In this document: in pieces, positions 55,699 through 64,000 of the stretch
Layout of the letters: the number at the start of each line of letters is the position of its first letter
Position numbering within the stretch: position 1 is the stretch's first letter
Assembly (NCBI GenBank): GCA_038851755.1
Contig: JAWCKR010000002.1
Location: forward strand, 32,001-96,000
Source: Candidatus Hadarchaeales archaeon
GTDB taxonomy: Archaea > Hadarchaeota > Hadarchaeia > Hadarchaeales > WYZ-LMO6
Reading direction: 5' to 3'
Length of the DNA stretch: 64,000 nucleotides
Notes under the pieces: model-generated
Databases searched by the model: none
Seen by the model: only the letters and a program-made list of their open reading frames with translations
What the model was told of the DNA's origin: nothing
Program-made: the position numbers and the translations under genes

Positions 55699-56519
55699 AG
55701 CTTCCTGTACGCCCTCCTGATCTCCCTCTCCCACTCCTTCCCCCGCTTCTCCAGGATCCTTCGGAGCCCCTCCGCCCTCCCGGAGGAGAGCTCTTCGTGG
55801 AGGCTACGCATCACCTCCACCAGCTCCTCGCGGGCTCTCCTGGAGTGGGGGTTCAGGAGCTGGATCTCTCCGCAGAGGGAGGGGTCGGAGGCCAGGGAGG
55901 CCCTCACCAGTTGCAGAAGGGAGGAGAAGAGGGGCGTGGAGACCTCTTCCTCGAACCTCAGCTTTCCCAGGGTCTCCGCGCAGGAGAGGAGGACGAAGTG
56001 GGTGAGGGCCTGGACGACGGCCATCATCCTGTCGTGTTCCTCTCCGCCCATCTCCACCACCCTGGCCCCCCTGGAGCGGAGGAAGCGGAGGAAGTCCCTG
56101 TACTTCCTCCCCACCCTCACGGGTACGGAGACCACCGTCTTGTCCTTCAGGTTCCTGGCGCCGGGTCCGAAGAGGGGATGGAGGGAGGCCAGCTCCGGAC
56201 CCTTCCTGAGGCTCCTCATGGTGCGCACCACCTCCCCCTTCACGGAGGCGATGTCCATCAGGAGCTTTCCTTCCCCCGCCACCCCCGAGAGCTCCCTCAC
56301 GACCTCGGGGGTCCTGGAGATGGGCACCGCCACCAGCAGGACCTCGCTCTTCTCCCCCAGCTCCCTCAGCGTGCCCACCGCTTGCCCCCCGACCCTCCTG
56401 GCGACCCTCCTGGCCCTTTCCGGCAGGAGGTCGAAGAGGTAGACCTCCCATCCCTCCGTTCGTGCGAGGGAGGCGAACCAGGACCCCATGACCCCCGCCC
56501 CCGCTATCCCCAGCTTCAT
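55674..56519 (-). CDS. tyrA: Prephenate dehydrogenase
   Basis: GAGVMG.WFA, D.ASVK, HPLFGP, EHD.MMA.VQ.LTH. Confidence 0.9.
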   Translation of the reverse strand: MKLGIAGAGVMGSWFASLARTEGWEVYLFDLLPERARRVARRVGGQAVGTLRELGEKSEVLLVAVPISRTPEVVRELSGVAGEGKLLMDIASVKGEVVRTMRSLRKGPELASLHPLFGPGARNLKDKTVVSVPVRVGRKYRDFLRFLRSRGARVVEMGGEEHDRMMAVVQALTHFVLLSCAETLGKLRFEEEVSTPLFSSLLQLVRASLASDPSLCGEIQLLNPHSRRAREELVEVMRSLHEELSSGRAEGLRRILEKRGKEWEREIRRAYRKLYEGLEGG

Positions 56520-57361
56520 CCCTTCACCCCCTGCAGGGCCCTCCTCATGACCTGCAGCGGGGCCCTCCTTCCCGTGAAGATGGTGAAGGAAAGGGCCGCC
56601 TGGTGGAGCAGCATCCCAAGCCCGTTTTCCCCCCTGGCCCCTGCCTTCCTGGCCTCCCTCATGAGCCTGGTCTCCGGGGGATGGTAGACCAGATCCATGA
56701 CGAAGAGGTCAGGATGCATGAGGTCGTGGGTCACCAGCGTTCCGCCCCTTTCGTCCATTCCCACGGGCGTGGCGTTGATGAGGAGGTCGGCGGAGGAGAG
56801 GGCCTCCCTCAGCTCCCCCCTCCCCAGTCCCCCCCAGGAGACCTTCCCGAGTCCCCTCTCGTGGAGCTCGGAGGCCAGCCTCCTGGCTTTCCGGGGCGTC
56901 CGGTTGAGGAGGGTGAGCTCCACTCCCTCTCTCAGGAGGGAGAAGGCGATGGCCCTGGCCGCTCCCCCGGCGCCCAGCATCACCGCCTTTCTTCCCTTCA
57001 GGGAGCCAAGCTTCTCCCTGAGGGACCTCACGGCACCCTCCCCGTCCGTGTTGAACCCCACCAGCCTTCCCCCCTCGTTCTTCACGGTGTTGACCGCCCC
57101 CACCTCCCTGGCGGAGGGATCCAGCTCGTCGAGGAGGGGGAGGATGGCCGTCTTGTGTGGGAAGGTCACGTTCAGACCCCCCATGCCCATGGCCCTCACC
57201 CCGAGCACGGCTTCCTTCAGCAGGTGGGGGGGCACCCTGAAGGCGACGTAGAGGCAGTCCAGCCCAAGGTGCCTGAAGGCGGCGTTGTGCATGGCAGGGG
57301 AGAGGCTCCCCTCCACCGGGTCCCCGATGAGGGCGAAGACCTTGGTGCGGGCCGAGATCAT
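56516..57361 (-). CDS. aroE: Shikimate dehydrogenase
   Basis: IGDPV..SLSP.MHN, NVT.PHK, GAVNT, NTDG.G, GAGGAA, NRT, NATPVGM, DLVY.P, ML..QA. Confidence 0.93.
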   Translation of the reverse strand: MISARTKVFALIGDPVEGSLSPAMHNAAFRHLGLDCLYVAFRVPPHLLKEAVLGVRAMGMGGLNVTFPHKTAILPLLDELDPSAREVGAVNTVKNEGGRLVGFNTDGEGAVRSLREKLGSLKGRKAVMLGAGGAARAIAFSLLREGVELTLLNRTPRKARRLASELHERGLGKVSWGGLGRGELREALSSADLLINATPVGMDERGGTLVTHDLMHPDLFVMDLVYHPPETRLMREARKAGARGENGLGMLLHQAALSFTIFTGRRAPLQVMRRALQGVKG

Positions 57362-58080
57362 CTCCTCACCCTCTCCAGCAGGAGCCTGGTGGTTTTCACG
57401 TCCAGCTGCCCTGGGGCCGTCGGTTTCCCCGCCGAGGCGTACACCAGGGGGGAGCCGAGGAGGGCGGAGAGGATCCTGCTCAGGGTCCCGAGCTCCCCCA
57501 TGGCGAAGGAGACCAGGGGTACGGAGAGCCTGGCCCGGTGCAGGAACTCCAGCACTCTGAGGACCTCCTCCGTGCTCCTGGCCAGCGTGACCACCTTGAC
57601 CAGGTCCCCCAGCCTCTCCATCCGTCTGGCGGTCCGCAGGAGGTGCGGAAGGGGTGGAGTGCCGGAGAACTCGTGGTGGGAGAGGATCACGGTTGTTCCT
57701 TCCTTCCTCGCCTTCGAGAGGGCCCTGCGCAGCAGGCGTGGAGGAGTGGAGAGCTCCAGATCGATGCATGGAACCCCGCGCTCCACCCCCTCCAGCAGCC
57801 TCTCCACCCTTTCCTCCTCCCCGCCCCTGAAGCCCCCTCCTTCCCTCTCGGGGCGGTGGGTGAGGATGACGGGCAGCCTCCCGCCCAGCAGCCTGTCCCA
57901 GTCAGGCGGGTCCTTCAGCCCGTCCAGCCTCAGCTCCAGCAGGTCGGCTCCCAACCTCTCGGCTTTCCTCTTCACCCTCTCCATCCCCTCCAGGGTGGAC
58001 TCCATCACGGAGCCGCACACGGCGGGGGTCCTGATCCTCCTATCCCCCAGCCGCAGGACTCCAGAGGTCAGGTCCCTCAC
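57358..58080 (-). CDS. aroD: Type I 3-dehydroquinate dehydratase
   Basis: D.LELRLD, T.R...EGG, D.EL, ILSHH.F..TP, K.V, MG..G..SR, APGQ. Confidence 0.9.
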   Translation of the reverse strand: MRDLTSGVLRLGDRRIRTPAVCGSVMESTLEGMERVKRKAERLGADLLELRLDGLKDPPDWDRLLGGRLPVILTHRPEREGGGFRGGEEERVERLLEGVERGVPCIDLELSTPPRLLRRALSKARKEGTTVILSHHEFSGTPPLPHLLRTARRMERLGDLVKVVTLARSTEEVLRVLEFLHRARLSVPLVSFAMGELGTLSRILSALLGSPLVYASAGKPTAPGQLDVKTTRLLLERVRR

Positions 58081-59192
58081 CTCTCGATCACGGACTCTTC
58101 CACGGCCATGCCGAAGTGCCTCCCCTTTCCGGAGAGGTGCACGAGGACCTCGTCCCCCTCCTTCAGCCTCGTCACGGGGAGGGGCTTGCCGTCCCTGCTG
58201 ACCAGGTTGATCGTCTCCGCGTTCTGGAGCACCACCTTCAGGCTCCTCTCCCCCGCCACCGCCTCCACCAGCAGAAGCGGCCTCCTCTCTATCTTGACCC
58301 TCCCCACCACCTCCGGCCTGGCCCTTCCCGAGGTGTCCACGACCAGCACCTCCTCCCCCGAGGAGAGTTCGGAGAGGTACCTGGTCTTCCCGCCGGGAAC
58401 CATGATGTACGCGTGGACCGCCCCGGCGTTCACCCTGAAGGGACGGGTCTCCACGAATTCGCTCCTCAGGGTCTCGGAGTGCACCAGGAACATCCCCTCT
58501 GCCTGGCTTCCCACCAGCATCCCCTCGCCCTCCCTCAGGAGGGAGCAGGTGTCCACGCACGCCCTGTCCCCCGAGCCCACCGCCTTCACCCTCACCACCC
58601 TGGCGGGGACGAGCTCCACCTTCCCGGCCCCCCTGCTGCGGATCAACTCCCCCGTTCGCCTGACCTCCTCGGGACCCGTGGCCTCCAGGAGCACCCCGTC
58701 CGCCCCCAGCTCCAGCGTCTCGAGCGCCACCCTGGTCTCCTCGGCACCCCTGACCAGCGCCAGCAGCTTCCCCCCCTTCCTGTGGAGGGCAGCGATCAGG
58801 TTCTCCAGGGGTATGATCTTCCAGTCCTTCCCCCACACCACCACGTAGTCCGCCCAGCCCGCCGCTTTAACGGCGGCCTGCTCCATCTCCTTGTCCCTCA
58901 CCTCCACCAGCACGGCGGCCTCCTTCCCCAGCTTCCTGGCTTCCGCCGCCAGCCTCTCCACCGCCGCCAGCTCCGCGGGGGAGGAGAGTCTGCCCAGGAG
59001 GATGTCCACCTGCGGGGAGGAGTCCTCCGAGACGATCTTGACCACACCCCTTTCCCTGACCCTCTCCGCTTCCTTTCCCGGGACCAGCAGGGCCTCCGCC
59101 CCCGCCTCGAGGGCCGCGGAGAGGAGGGAACGGTCCACGCTTCCCCCCCTTTCCGCCCTGACCCAGAAGAGCTTGCGGTTCAAACCCTTCAC
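58077..59192 (-). CDS. aroB': 3-dehydroquinate synthase II
   Basis: [64 protein letters not shown]. Confidence 0.93.
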   Translation of the reverse strand: MKGLNRKLFWVRAERGGSVDRSLLSAALEAGAEALLVPGKEAERVRERGVVKIVSEDSSPQVDILLGRLSSPAELAAVERLAAEARKLGKEAAVLVEVRDKEMEQAAVKAAGWADYVVVWGKDWKIIPLENLIAALHRKGGKLLALVRGAEETRVALETLELGADGVLLEATGPEEVRRTGELIRSRGAGKVELVPARVVRVKAVGSGDRACVDTCSLLREGEGMLVGSQAEGMFLVHSETLRSEFVETRPFRVNAGAVHAYIMVPGGKTRYLSELSSGEEVLVVDTSGRARPEVVGRVKIERRPLLLVEAVAGERSLKVVLQNAETINLVSRDGKPLPVTRLKEGDEVLVHLSGKGRHFGMAVEESVIER

Positions 59193-59989
59193 CGCTTCAG
59201 TTCTTCCAGCGCCTCTTCCACCGACCAGTTCTCGTGCACGATCCTGCTGAGGGCCCTCACCATCCCCACCGGGTTGGGGTGCTGGAAGACGTTCCTCCCT
59301 ATGGAGACGCCTATGGCCCCCGCCTCGATGGCATCCCTGGCCAGCCTGAGCACGTCAGCTTCCGTCTCCAGCCTGGGGCCGCCCGCTATCACCACGGGAA
59401 CGGGACATCCCCTCACCACCTTCCGGAAGGAAGCGATGTCACCGGTGTAAACCGTCTTCACGATGTCCGCCCCCAGCTCCGCCCCCACCCTGGCGGCGTG
59501 GGCCACGGCTGCGGGGTCGTGCTCGCTCTTCACCTTCGGCCCCCTGGGGTACATCATGGCGAAGAGGGGCATGCCCCAGAGTTCGCAGGTCTTCGCCACC
59601 TCTCCCAGGTGGGCCAGCTGCTCCTGCTCGTTCTCCGCCCCCACGTTGATGTGCACGGAGACCCCGTCGGCCCCCAGTCTTATCGCCTCCTCCACCGTGG
59701 CCACCGGGACCTTGCAGTTGGGGTTGGGCCCCAGGGAGGTGCTCCCGGAGAGGTGGATGAGGAGGCCTATGTCTCTCCCGTACCCCCTGTGCCCTGCCCT
59801 CACTATCCCCTTGTGCAGGACCACCGCGTTGGCCCCTCCCCTCGCCACCTTGTCTATGGTCTCCTCCATGTTCTCCAAGCCCTGGAGGGGTCCCATGGTG
59901 AGGCCGTGGTCCATGGGCACGATGACCGTCCGCTTGGTCTTGCGGTCGATGATCCGCTCCAGCCTTATGCGCTTCCCCACGAGCGACAT
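59189..59989 (-). CDS. aroA': 2-amino-3,7-dideoxy-D-threo-hept-6-ulosonate synthase
   Basis: [54 protein letters not shown]; adjacent to aroB'. Confidence 0.92.
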   Translation of the reverse strand: MSLVGKRIRLERIIDRKTKRTVIVPMDHGLTMGPLQGLENMEETIDKVARGGANAVVLHKGIVRAGHRGYGRDIGLLIHLSGSTSLGPNPNCKVPVATVEEAIRLGADGVSVHINVGAENEQEQLAHLGEVAKTCELWGMPLFAMMYPRGPKVKSEHDPAAVAHAARVGAELGADIVKTVYTGDIASFRKVVRGCPVPVVIAGGPRLETEADVLRLARDAIEAGAIGVSIGRNVFQHPNPVGMVRALSRIVHENWSVEEALEELKR

Positions 59990-60039
59990 CCTGCCACCTT
60001 CCTACTCCCTCTACCGGGGATTAAAAAGTTCGTAGAGGG

Positions 60040-60083
60040 GAAAAACTGGGGAAGGAAGAAAAAAGAAAAAGGAAAGGGGAGGA
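60040..60083 (-). terminator. Oligo-T/pyrimidine tract, probable terminator of the pilin gene
   Basis: Minus strand reads a long pyrimidine run with several T-tracts immediately after the stop at 60086. Confidence 0.45.
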
Positions 60084-60085
60084 GT

Positions 60086-60487
60086 CTAGCCCTGGGCTAT
60101 GGGTACGTCGTAGACGTGGCCGGAGGGCTTGTGCCTGATTTGGACCTTGTCTCCTACTCCCAGCTGACCAGCGTCCACGTAAGTTTTCAGCCCTGAGAGG
60201 ACGGCTGTTGCCCCTTCGCTGAGTTCACCCGAACCGGCCGTCCAAGTACCCCTCACCGTACCGGCGGAGGTTTTTCCTCGGTATTCCCAGTCGCCGTCCT
60301 TGATGGTGCCGCTCGGTCCTCCCACGCTCAGCGTTATGTTGTTGTCGGATCCGAGGGTGGCGGTGAAGGACATGGTGGGGAAACCCCCCGTCCTGGTGAC
60401 GTAGTAGACGGCCCCGGCCACCACGATGAGCACTGCGGCCAGGATCAGCAGGTACTCGATGGCGCCCTGTCCCTTCTTTCCGAACAT
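60086..60487 (-). CDS. Class III signal peptide protein (type IV pilin)
   Basis: KKGQ/GAIEYLLILAAVLIVVA prepilin motif followed by a small Gly/Thr-rich domain. Confidence 0.88.
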   Translation of the reverse strand: MFGKKGQGAIEYLLILAAVLIVVAGAVYYVTRTGGFPTMSFTATLGSDNNITLSVGGPSGTIKDGDWEYRGKTSAGTVRGTWTAGSGELSEGATAVLSGLKTYVDAGQLGVGDKVQIRHKPSGHVYDVPIAQG

Positions 60488-60586
60488 CCCTAACACCGTT
60501 TAAAGGTATAAAAGAGGCGTTATAAAAGGGTTCCGAGGGCTTTTTCGCGGTTCTAATCGGATTTTTAGCACGGGAGGGGGAGGAGG

Positions 60587-61297
60587 GTGATGGCCCGCGT
60601 GATTTCCTTCGCCTCCGGCAAGGGAGGGACGGGGAAAACGATGGTGGTGGCCAACCTGGGGGTATGTCTGGCGAGGAGGGGGAAGAAGGTGGTCGTCCTG
60701 GATGCGGACCTCACCATGGCCAACCTGGGCCTGCTCTTCGGTTTGGAGGAGAGGTTCACCCTCCATGACGTGCTGGCGGGGAAGGCGGAGGTGGAGGAGG
60801 CCCTGCACGAGGTCATGCCCAAGCTGGAGGTGGTGCAGGGTGGCCTGTCCCTGAAGGACATAGGGCAGATCAGGCTGGATCGCCTGAAGGGGGTGGTGGG
60901 GAAGCTCTCCAGGAGGGCGGATTACGTGCTGGTGGATTGCCCCTCCGGTTTCGAGGAGGACTTCGTCGCGGCTCTGACGGTCTCCTCCCAGGTGGTGCTG
61001 GTGGTCAACCCGGACCCTCTTTCGGTGGCGGAGGCCATGAAGGTGAAGAGGATGGCGACCAAGCTGCACGTCGGTCTCCTGGGAATGGTGGTGAACAGGG
61101 TGGTGGGAAAGGACGCCGACCTCCCCCTAAAGGAGATAGAGACCCTCCTGGAGCTTCCCCTGCTGGGTGCCATACCCGAGGACGAGGAGGTGGCGAGGTC
61201 CCTGGCCAGCGGCAAGCCCCTGGTGCTCCAGGACCCGAGGTCCCCCGCTTCCAAGGCCATGGAGAAGATCGCCGAGGTCCTCCTGAGGAGGAAATAG
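60587..61297 (+). CDS. minD: MinD-family ATPase
   Basis: SGKGGTGKT, DADL.MANL, TLHDVL.G, DCP.G, NRV, IPED. Confidence 0.88.
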   Translation: MMARVISFASGKGGTGKTMVVANLGVCLARRGKKVVVLDADLTMANLGLLFGLEERFTLHDVLAGKAEVEEALHEVMPKLEVVQGGLSLKDIGQIRLDRLKGVVGKLSRRADYVLVDCPSGFEEDFVAALTVSSQVVLVVNPDPLSVAEAMKVKRMATKLHVGLLGMVVNRVVGKDADLPLKEIETLLELPLLGAIPEDEEVARSLASGKPLVLQDPRSPASKAMEKIAEVLLRRK

Positions 61298-61336
61298 GGC
61301 AGCATTCCCTTTATAGAAGCCCGACCAATCTCTCTT

Positions 61337-61699
61337 GTGGGCATGAGGAGGGAGGTTCTGGAGCTGCGCCGGCGCCTGGAGGTGACGGAGAGGGAGCTGC
61401 GCCGCCTCTCCCGCTTCGAGTGGGGTTACACCAAGCAGCTGTGGAAGTTCAGCCTCTTTTCCTGGCTGCTGGGCGTGTTCCTCTTCTTCCTCCTGGTCTT
61501 CCTCATCCGACCCTCCCTTCTCACGGGGATCCCTGAAGCCCTCCCCCTCCTGGTGCTCTCGGCGGCGGCCCCCTTGCTGGCAGTTCTCTACTTCGTCAGC
61601 AGGGTGGAGAGGAGGGTGAAGAACCTGGAGCGCAGCAGGGAACTCCTCCTCTCCAGGTACAAGAGGGCCCTCCTGGAGCACTTCGAGGAATCTACCTGA
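61337..61699 (+). CDS. Small 2-TM membrane protein with coiled-coil ends
   Basis: Two hydrophobic segments flanked by R/E-rich helices. Confidence 0.6.
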   Translation: MGMRREVLELRRRLEVTERELRRLSRFEWGYTKQLWKFSLFSWLLGVFLFFLLVFLIRPSLLTGIPEALPLLVLSAAAPLLAVLYFVSRVERRVKNLERSRELLLSRYKRALLEHFEEST

Positions 61700-62399
61700 G
61701 CATCCTGTCCAGCTTTCCCGCCAGGTCGGTGATGGCCCTGGAAGCGGGTGAGCGGGGATAGAGTTCCACCAGGGGTTCCCCCCTCCTCCAGGCCTTCCTC
61801 ACGCTCAGGTCCTCTGGCACCTCGCCGAGGATGGGAAGGTCCAGCAGCCGCTTTATCTCCCCGGGAGGGAACTCGTAATCCTTCCCCCTTACCCTGTTCA
61901 GCACCACTCCTCTGGGGTGAAGGCCCAAGAACTCCAGCAGGACCTTCGTCCTCATGGTGTCGGAGAGGGAGGTGATCTCCGGCAGGGTGAGCAGGAGGAC
62001 CTCCTGCCCGGTTTTCAGGACGGCCACGGTTTCCCTCTTCAGGCCCCCGGGGGTGTCGATGAGCATGAACTCCGCCTTCTCCCCCAGGCCGTCCAGTGCG
62101 GAGGGCAGCTTGGCCAGGTCCACCCCCTGCATGTCCCCCGAGATGCTGGAGGGGACGACGCGGAGCCCGTGGGGTCCCTCGTACACCGCGTCCGAGGGAG
62201 GAATCTCACCCCTCAGGACATCGTTCAGGGTGTAGGGGGCCCTCTCCAGCTTGAAGAGGAGACCCAGGTTGGGGGAGGAGAAACAGGCATCGACCAGCAT
62301 GGTGGTCCTCCCCTCCTTGGCGAGCGCCAGGGCCAGGTTGGCCGTAAGGGTGGTGCGACCCACCCCACCCTTCCCGGAAGCCAGGACGATTCTCCTCAT
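61692..62399 (-). CDS. minD: MinD-family ATPase with variant Walker A
   Basis: SGKGGVGRTT, DA....PNL, TLNDVL.G, DTP.G, NRV, VPED. Confidence 0.85.
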   Translation of the reverse strand: MRRIVLASGKGGVGRTTLTANLALALAKEGRTTMLVDACFSSPNLGLLFKLERAPYTLNDVLRGEIPPSDAVYEGPHGLRVVPSSISGDMQGVDLAKLPSALDGLGEKAEFMLIDTPGGLKRETVAVLKTGQEVLLLTLPEITSLSDTMRTKVLLEFLGLHPRGVVLNRVRGKDYEFPPGEIKRLLDLPILGEVPEDLSVRKAWRRGEPLVELYPRSPASRAITDLAGKLDRMLR

Positions 62400-62475
62400 G
62401 GGGGCCTCTTTCCCTTTTCCCTCTCTCCGCCCTTCACCATAATTCTTAAATAGCTCTTCAGGTATCTTATTCGTT

Positions 62476-64000
62476 ATGCCGGCATCGGCCCCGAGAGTGG
62501 GTGTTTTCCTGTGCAAGTGCGGAGGGAACATCGCCGACTTCGTGGACCTTGAGGCAGTGAAGAAGGCCGTGGAGAAGATCGACGGGGTGGTGGCCGTGGA
62601 GGTGGACGAGCACTGGTGCTCCTCCCCGGCCGGGAAGAGGATAAAGGAGGTGATAAAGGAGAAGAACCTCAACCGCGTGGTGATCGTCGCCTGCACCCTC
62701 AACATGCACCAGCCGCACTTCATGGAGGTCCTCCAGGAGGCGGGCCTCAACCCCTACCTGCTGGAGAGGGTGAACGCCAGGGAGCAGTGCTCCTGGGTCC
62801 ACAAGGACAGCCCCAAGGAGGCCACCGAGAAGGTGATCGACCTCGTGAGGGGAGGGGTGGCCAGGGCGAAGTACCTCTCCGAGCTCTCCCCCATCGTGGA
62901 GAAGATCAAGAAGAACGTGGTGGTGGTGGGGGGAGGGGTGGCGGGGATCATCGCCTCCCTCGAGCTGGCCTACGGGGGCTACAAGGTCTTCCTGGTGGAG
63001 AAGTCCCCCACCATCGGGGGCAGGATGGCCAAGTTCTCCAAGGTCTTCCCCTCCCTCGACTGCGCCTCCTGCATCCTCACCCCCAGGATGGCGGAGGTGG
63101 AGTCCCACAAGAACATCACCCTCCTCACCTACTCCGAGGTCCAGGAGGTTTCCGGTTCCGCGGGCAACTTCAAGGTGAAGATCCTCAGGAAGCCCAGGTA
63201 CGTGGACCCGGCCCTCTGCACGGGCTGCAGGGACTGCACGACGGTATGTCCCGTGAAGGTGCCCAACGAGTGGAACATGGGGATGGACAAGAGGACCGCC
63301 ATCTACATACCCTTCCCCGAGGCCGTCCCCAGGGTGGCCACGGTGGACGAGGCCAACTGCCTGTACCTGAAGCACAGCAAGCCGGGTAAACCGGTGTGCG
63401 GGAAGTGCGTGGAGGTGTGTAAGGCCAAGGCGATAAACTTCGAGATGAAACCCGAGGTGGTGGAGGTGGAGGCCGGTGCCATCCTCATAACGGTGGGGAG
63501 CGAGGTCTTCGACGCGAAGAAGGTCCCGCAGCTGGGGTATGGGCTGTACAAGAACGTCATCACCAGCATGGAGTTCGAGCGCATGATCAACTCCGACGGC
63601 CCCACGGGCGGGAAGGTGGTGAACCCGGTGACGGGGGAGACGCCCAAGGTGGTGGCCTTCATCCAGTGCGTGGGGAGCAGGGACGAGAAGTACAACCCCT
63701 ACTGCTGCAGGATAGGGTGCACGGCCTCCCTGAAGCACGCCTCCCTCCTGAAGGAGTACGTGAGCAAGGACATCGACATCTACATCTGCTACAACGACAT
63801 GCGCACGGTGGGAAAGGGCTTTGAGGAGTTCTACAGGAGGGTGAGGGATATGGGGGTGAAGTTCATCAGGGGCCTCCCCTCCGAGGTGAAGCAGAAGCCG
63901 GACGGGTCCCTCGCCTTCAACGTGTTCGACACCACCACCGAGACCCTCTACGAGGTGAACGCGGACCTGGTGGTCCTGGCGATAGGGCTGGTGCCCACTC
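62476..64000 (+). CDS. hdrA: Heterodisulfide reductase subunit A, truncated by window end
   Basis: Manual translation: RVGVFLCKCGGNI, AREQCSWVH, GGGVAG, IGGRM, KVFPSLDCASCILTP, PRYVD..CTGC..C...CP, FIQCVGSRD, YCCRIGC. Confidence 0.93.
   Translation, partial: MPASAPRVGVFLCKCGGNIADFVDLEAVKKAVEKIDGVVAVEVDEHWCSSPAGKRIKEVIKEKNLNRVVIVACTLNMHQPHFMEVLQEAGLNPYLLERVNAREQCSWVHKDSPKEATEKVIDLVRGGVARAKYLSELSPIVEKIKKNVVVVGGGVAGIIASLELAYGGYKVFLVEKSPTIGGRMAKFSKVFPSLDCASCILTPRMAEVESHKNITLLTYSEVQEVSGSAGNFKVKILRKPRYVDPALCTGCRDCTTVCPVKVPNEWNMGMDKRTAIYIPFPEAVPRVATVDEANCLYLKHSKPGKPVCGKCVEVCKAKAINFEMKPEVVEVEAGAILITVGSEVFDAKKVPQLGYGLYKNVITSMEFERMINSDGPTGGKVVNPVTGETPKVVAFIQCVGSRDEKYNPYCCRIGCTASLKHASLLKEYVSKDIDIYICYNDMRTVGKGFEEFYRRVRDMGVKFIRGLPSEVKQKPDGSLAFNVFDTTTETLYEVNADLVVLAIGLVPT

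Overview
GC-rich, densely coded archaeal chromosome segment. The tRNA-Trp C/D-box intron, aroA'/aroB', NAC and EF-1beta point to a euryarchaeote-type organism; a Hadarchaea-like alkane oxidiser is my inference, not shown. 1-25.5 kb: a methyl/alkyl-coenzyme M reductase maturation/activation cluster (two atwA-type ABC ATPases, mgmA, markers 3-6-5-15-17-7, mcrD, mcrC, marker 8) with no mcrABG in the window. It is interleaved with a QueG-like Fe-S protein, two FAD-oxidoreductase/CCG Fe-S pairs, a family-I CoA-transferase, an AOR-family enzyme and an acyl-CoA ligase, together a candidate route from alkyl-CoM to acyl-CoA. 25.5-35 kb: two hdrCB pairs, thiolase/DUF35, a second acyl-CoA ligase and etfBA. 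About 37.3-47.1 kb: an AT-richer island ending at tRNA-Arg(CCG), with an RNase J-like gene, vWA-metallopeptidase + MoxR-like ATPase, soluble FtsH-like protease + wHTH and a UDG-like gene. 47.8-64 kb: housekeeping genes, aromatic amino-acid operon, pilin, two MinD and a partial hdrA. At least four genes appear to start at CTG placed 4 nt after a GGTGA Shine-Dalgarno. All calls come from motif recognition by eye; no database searches were run.
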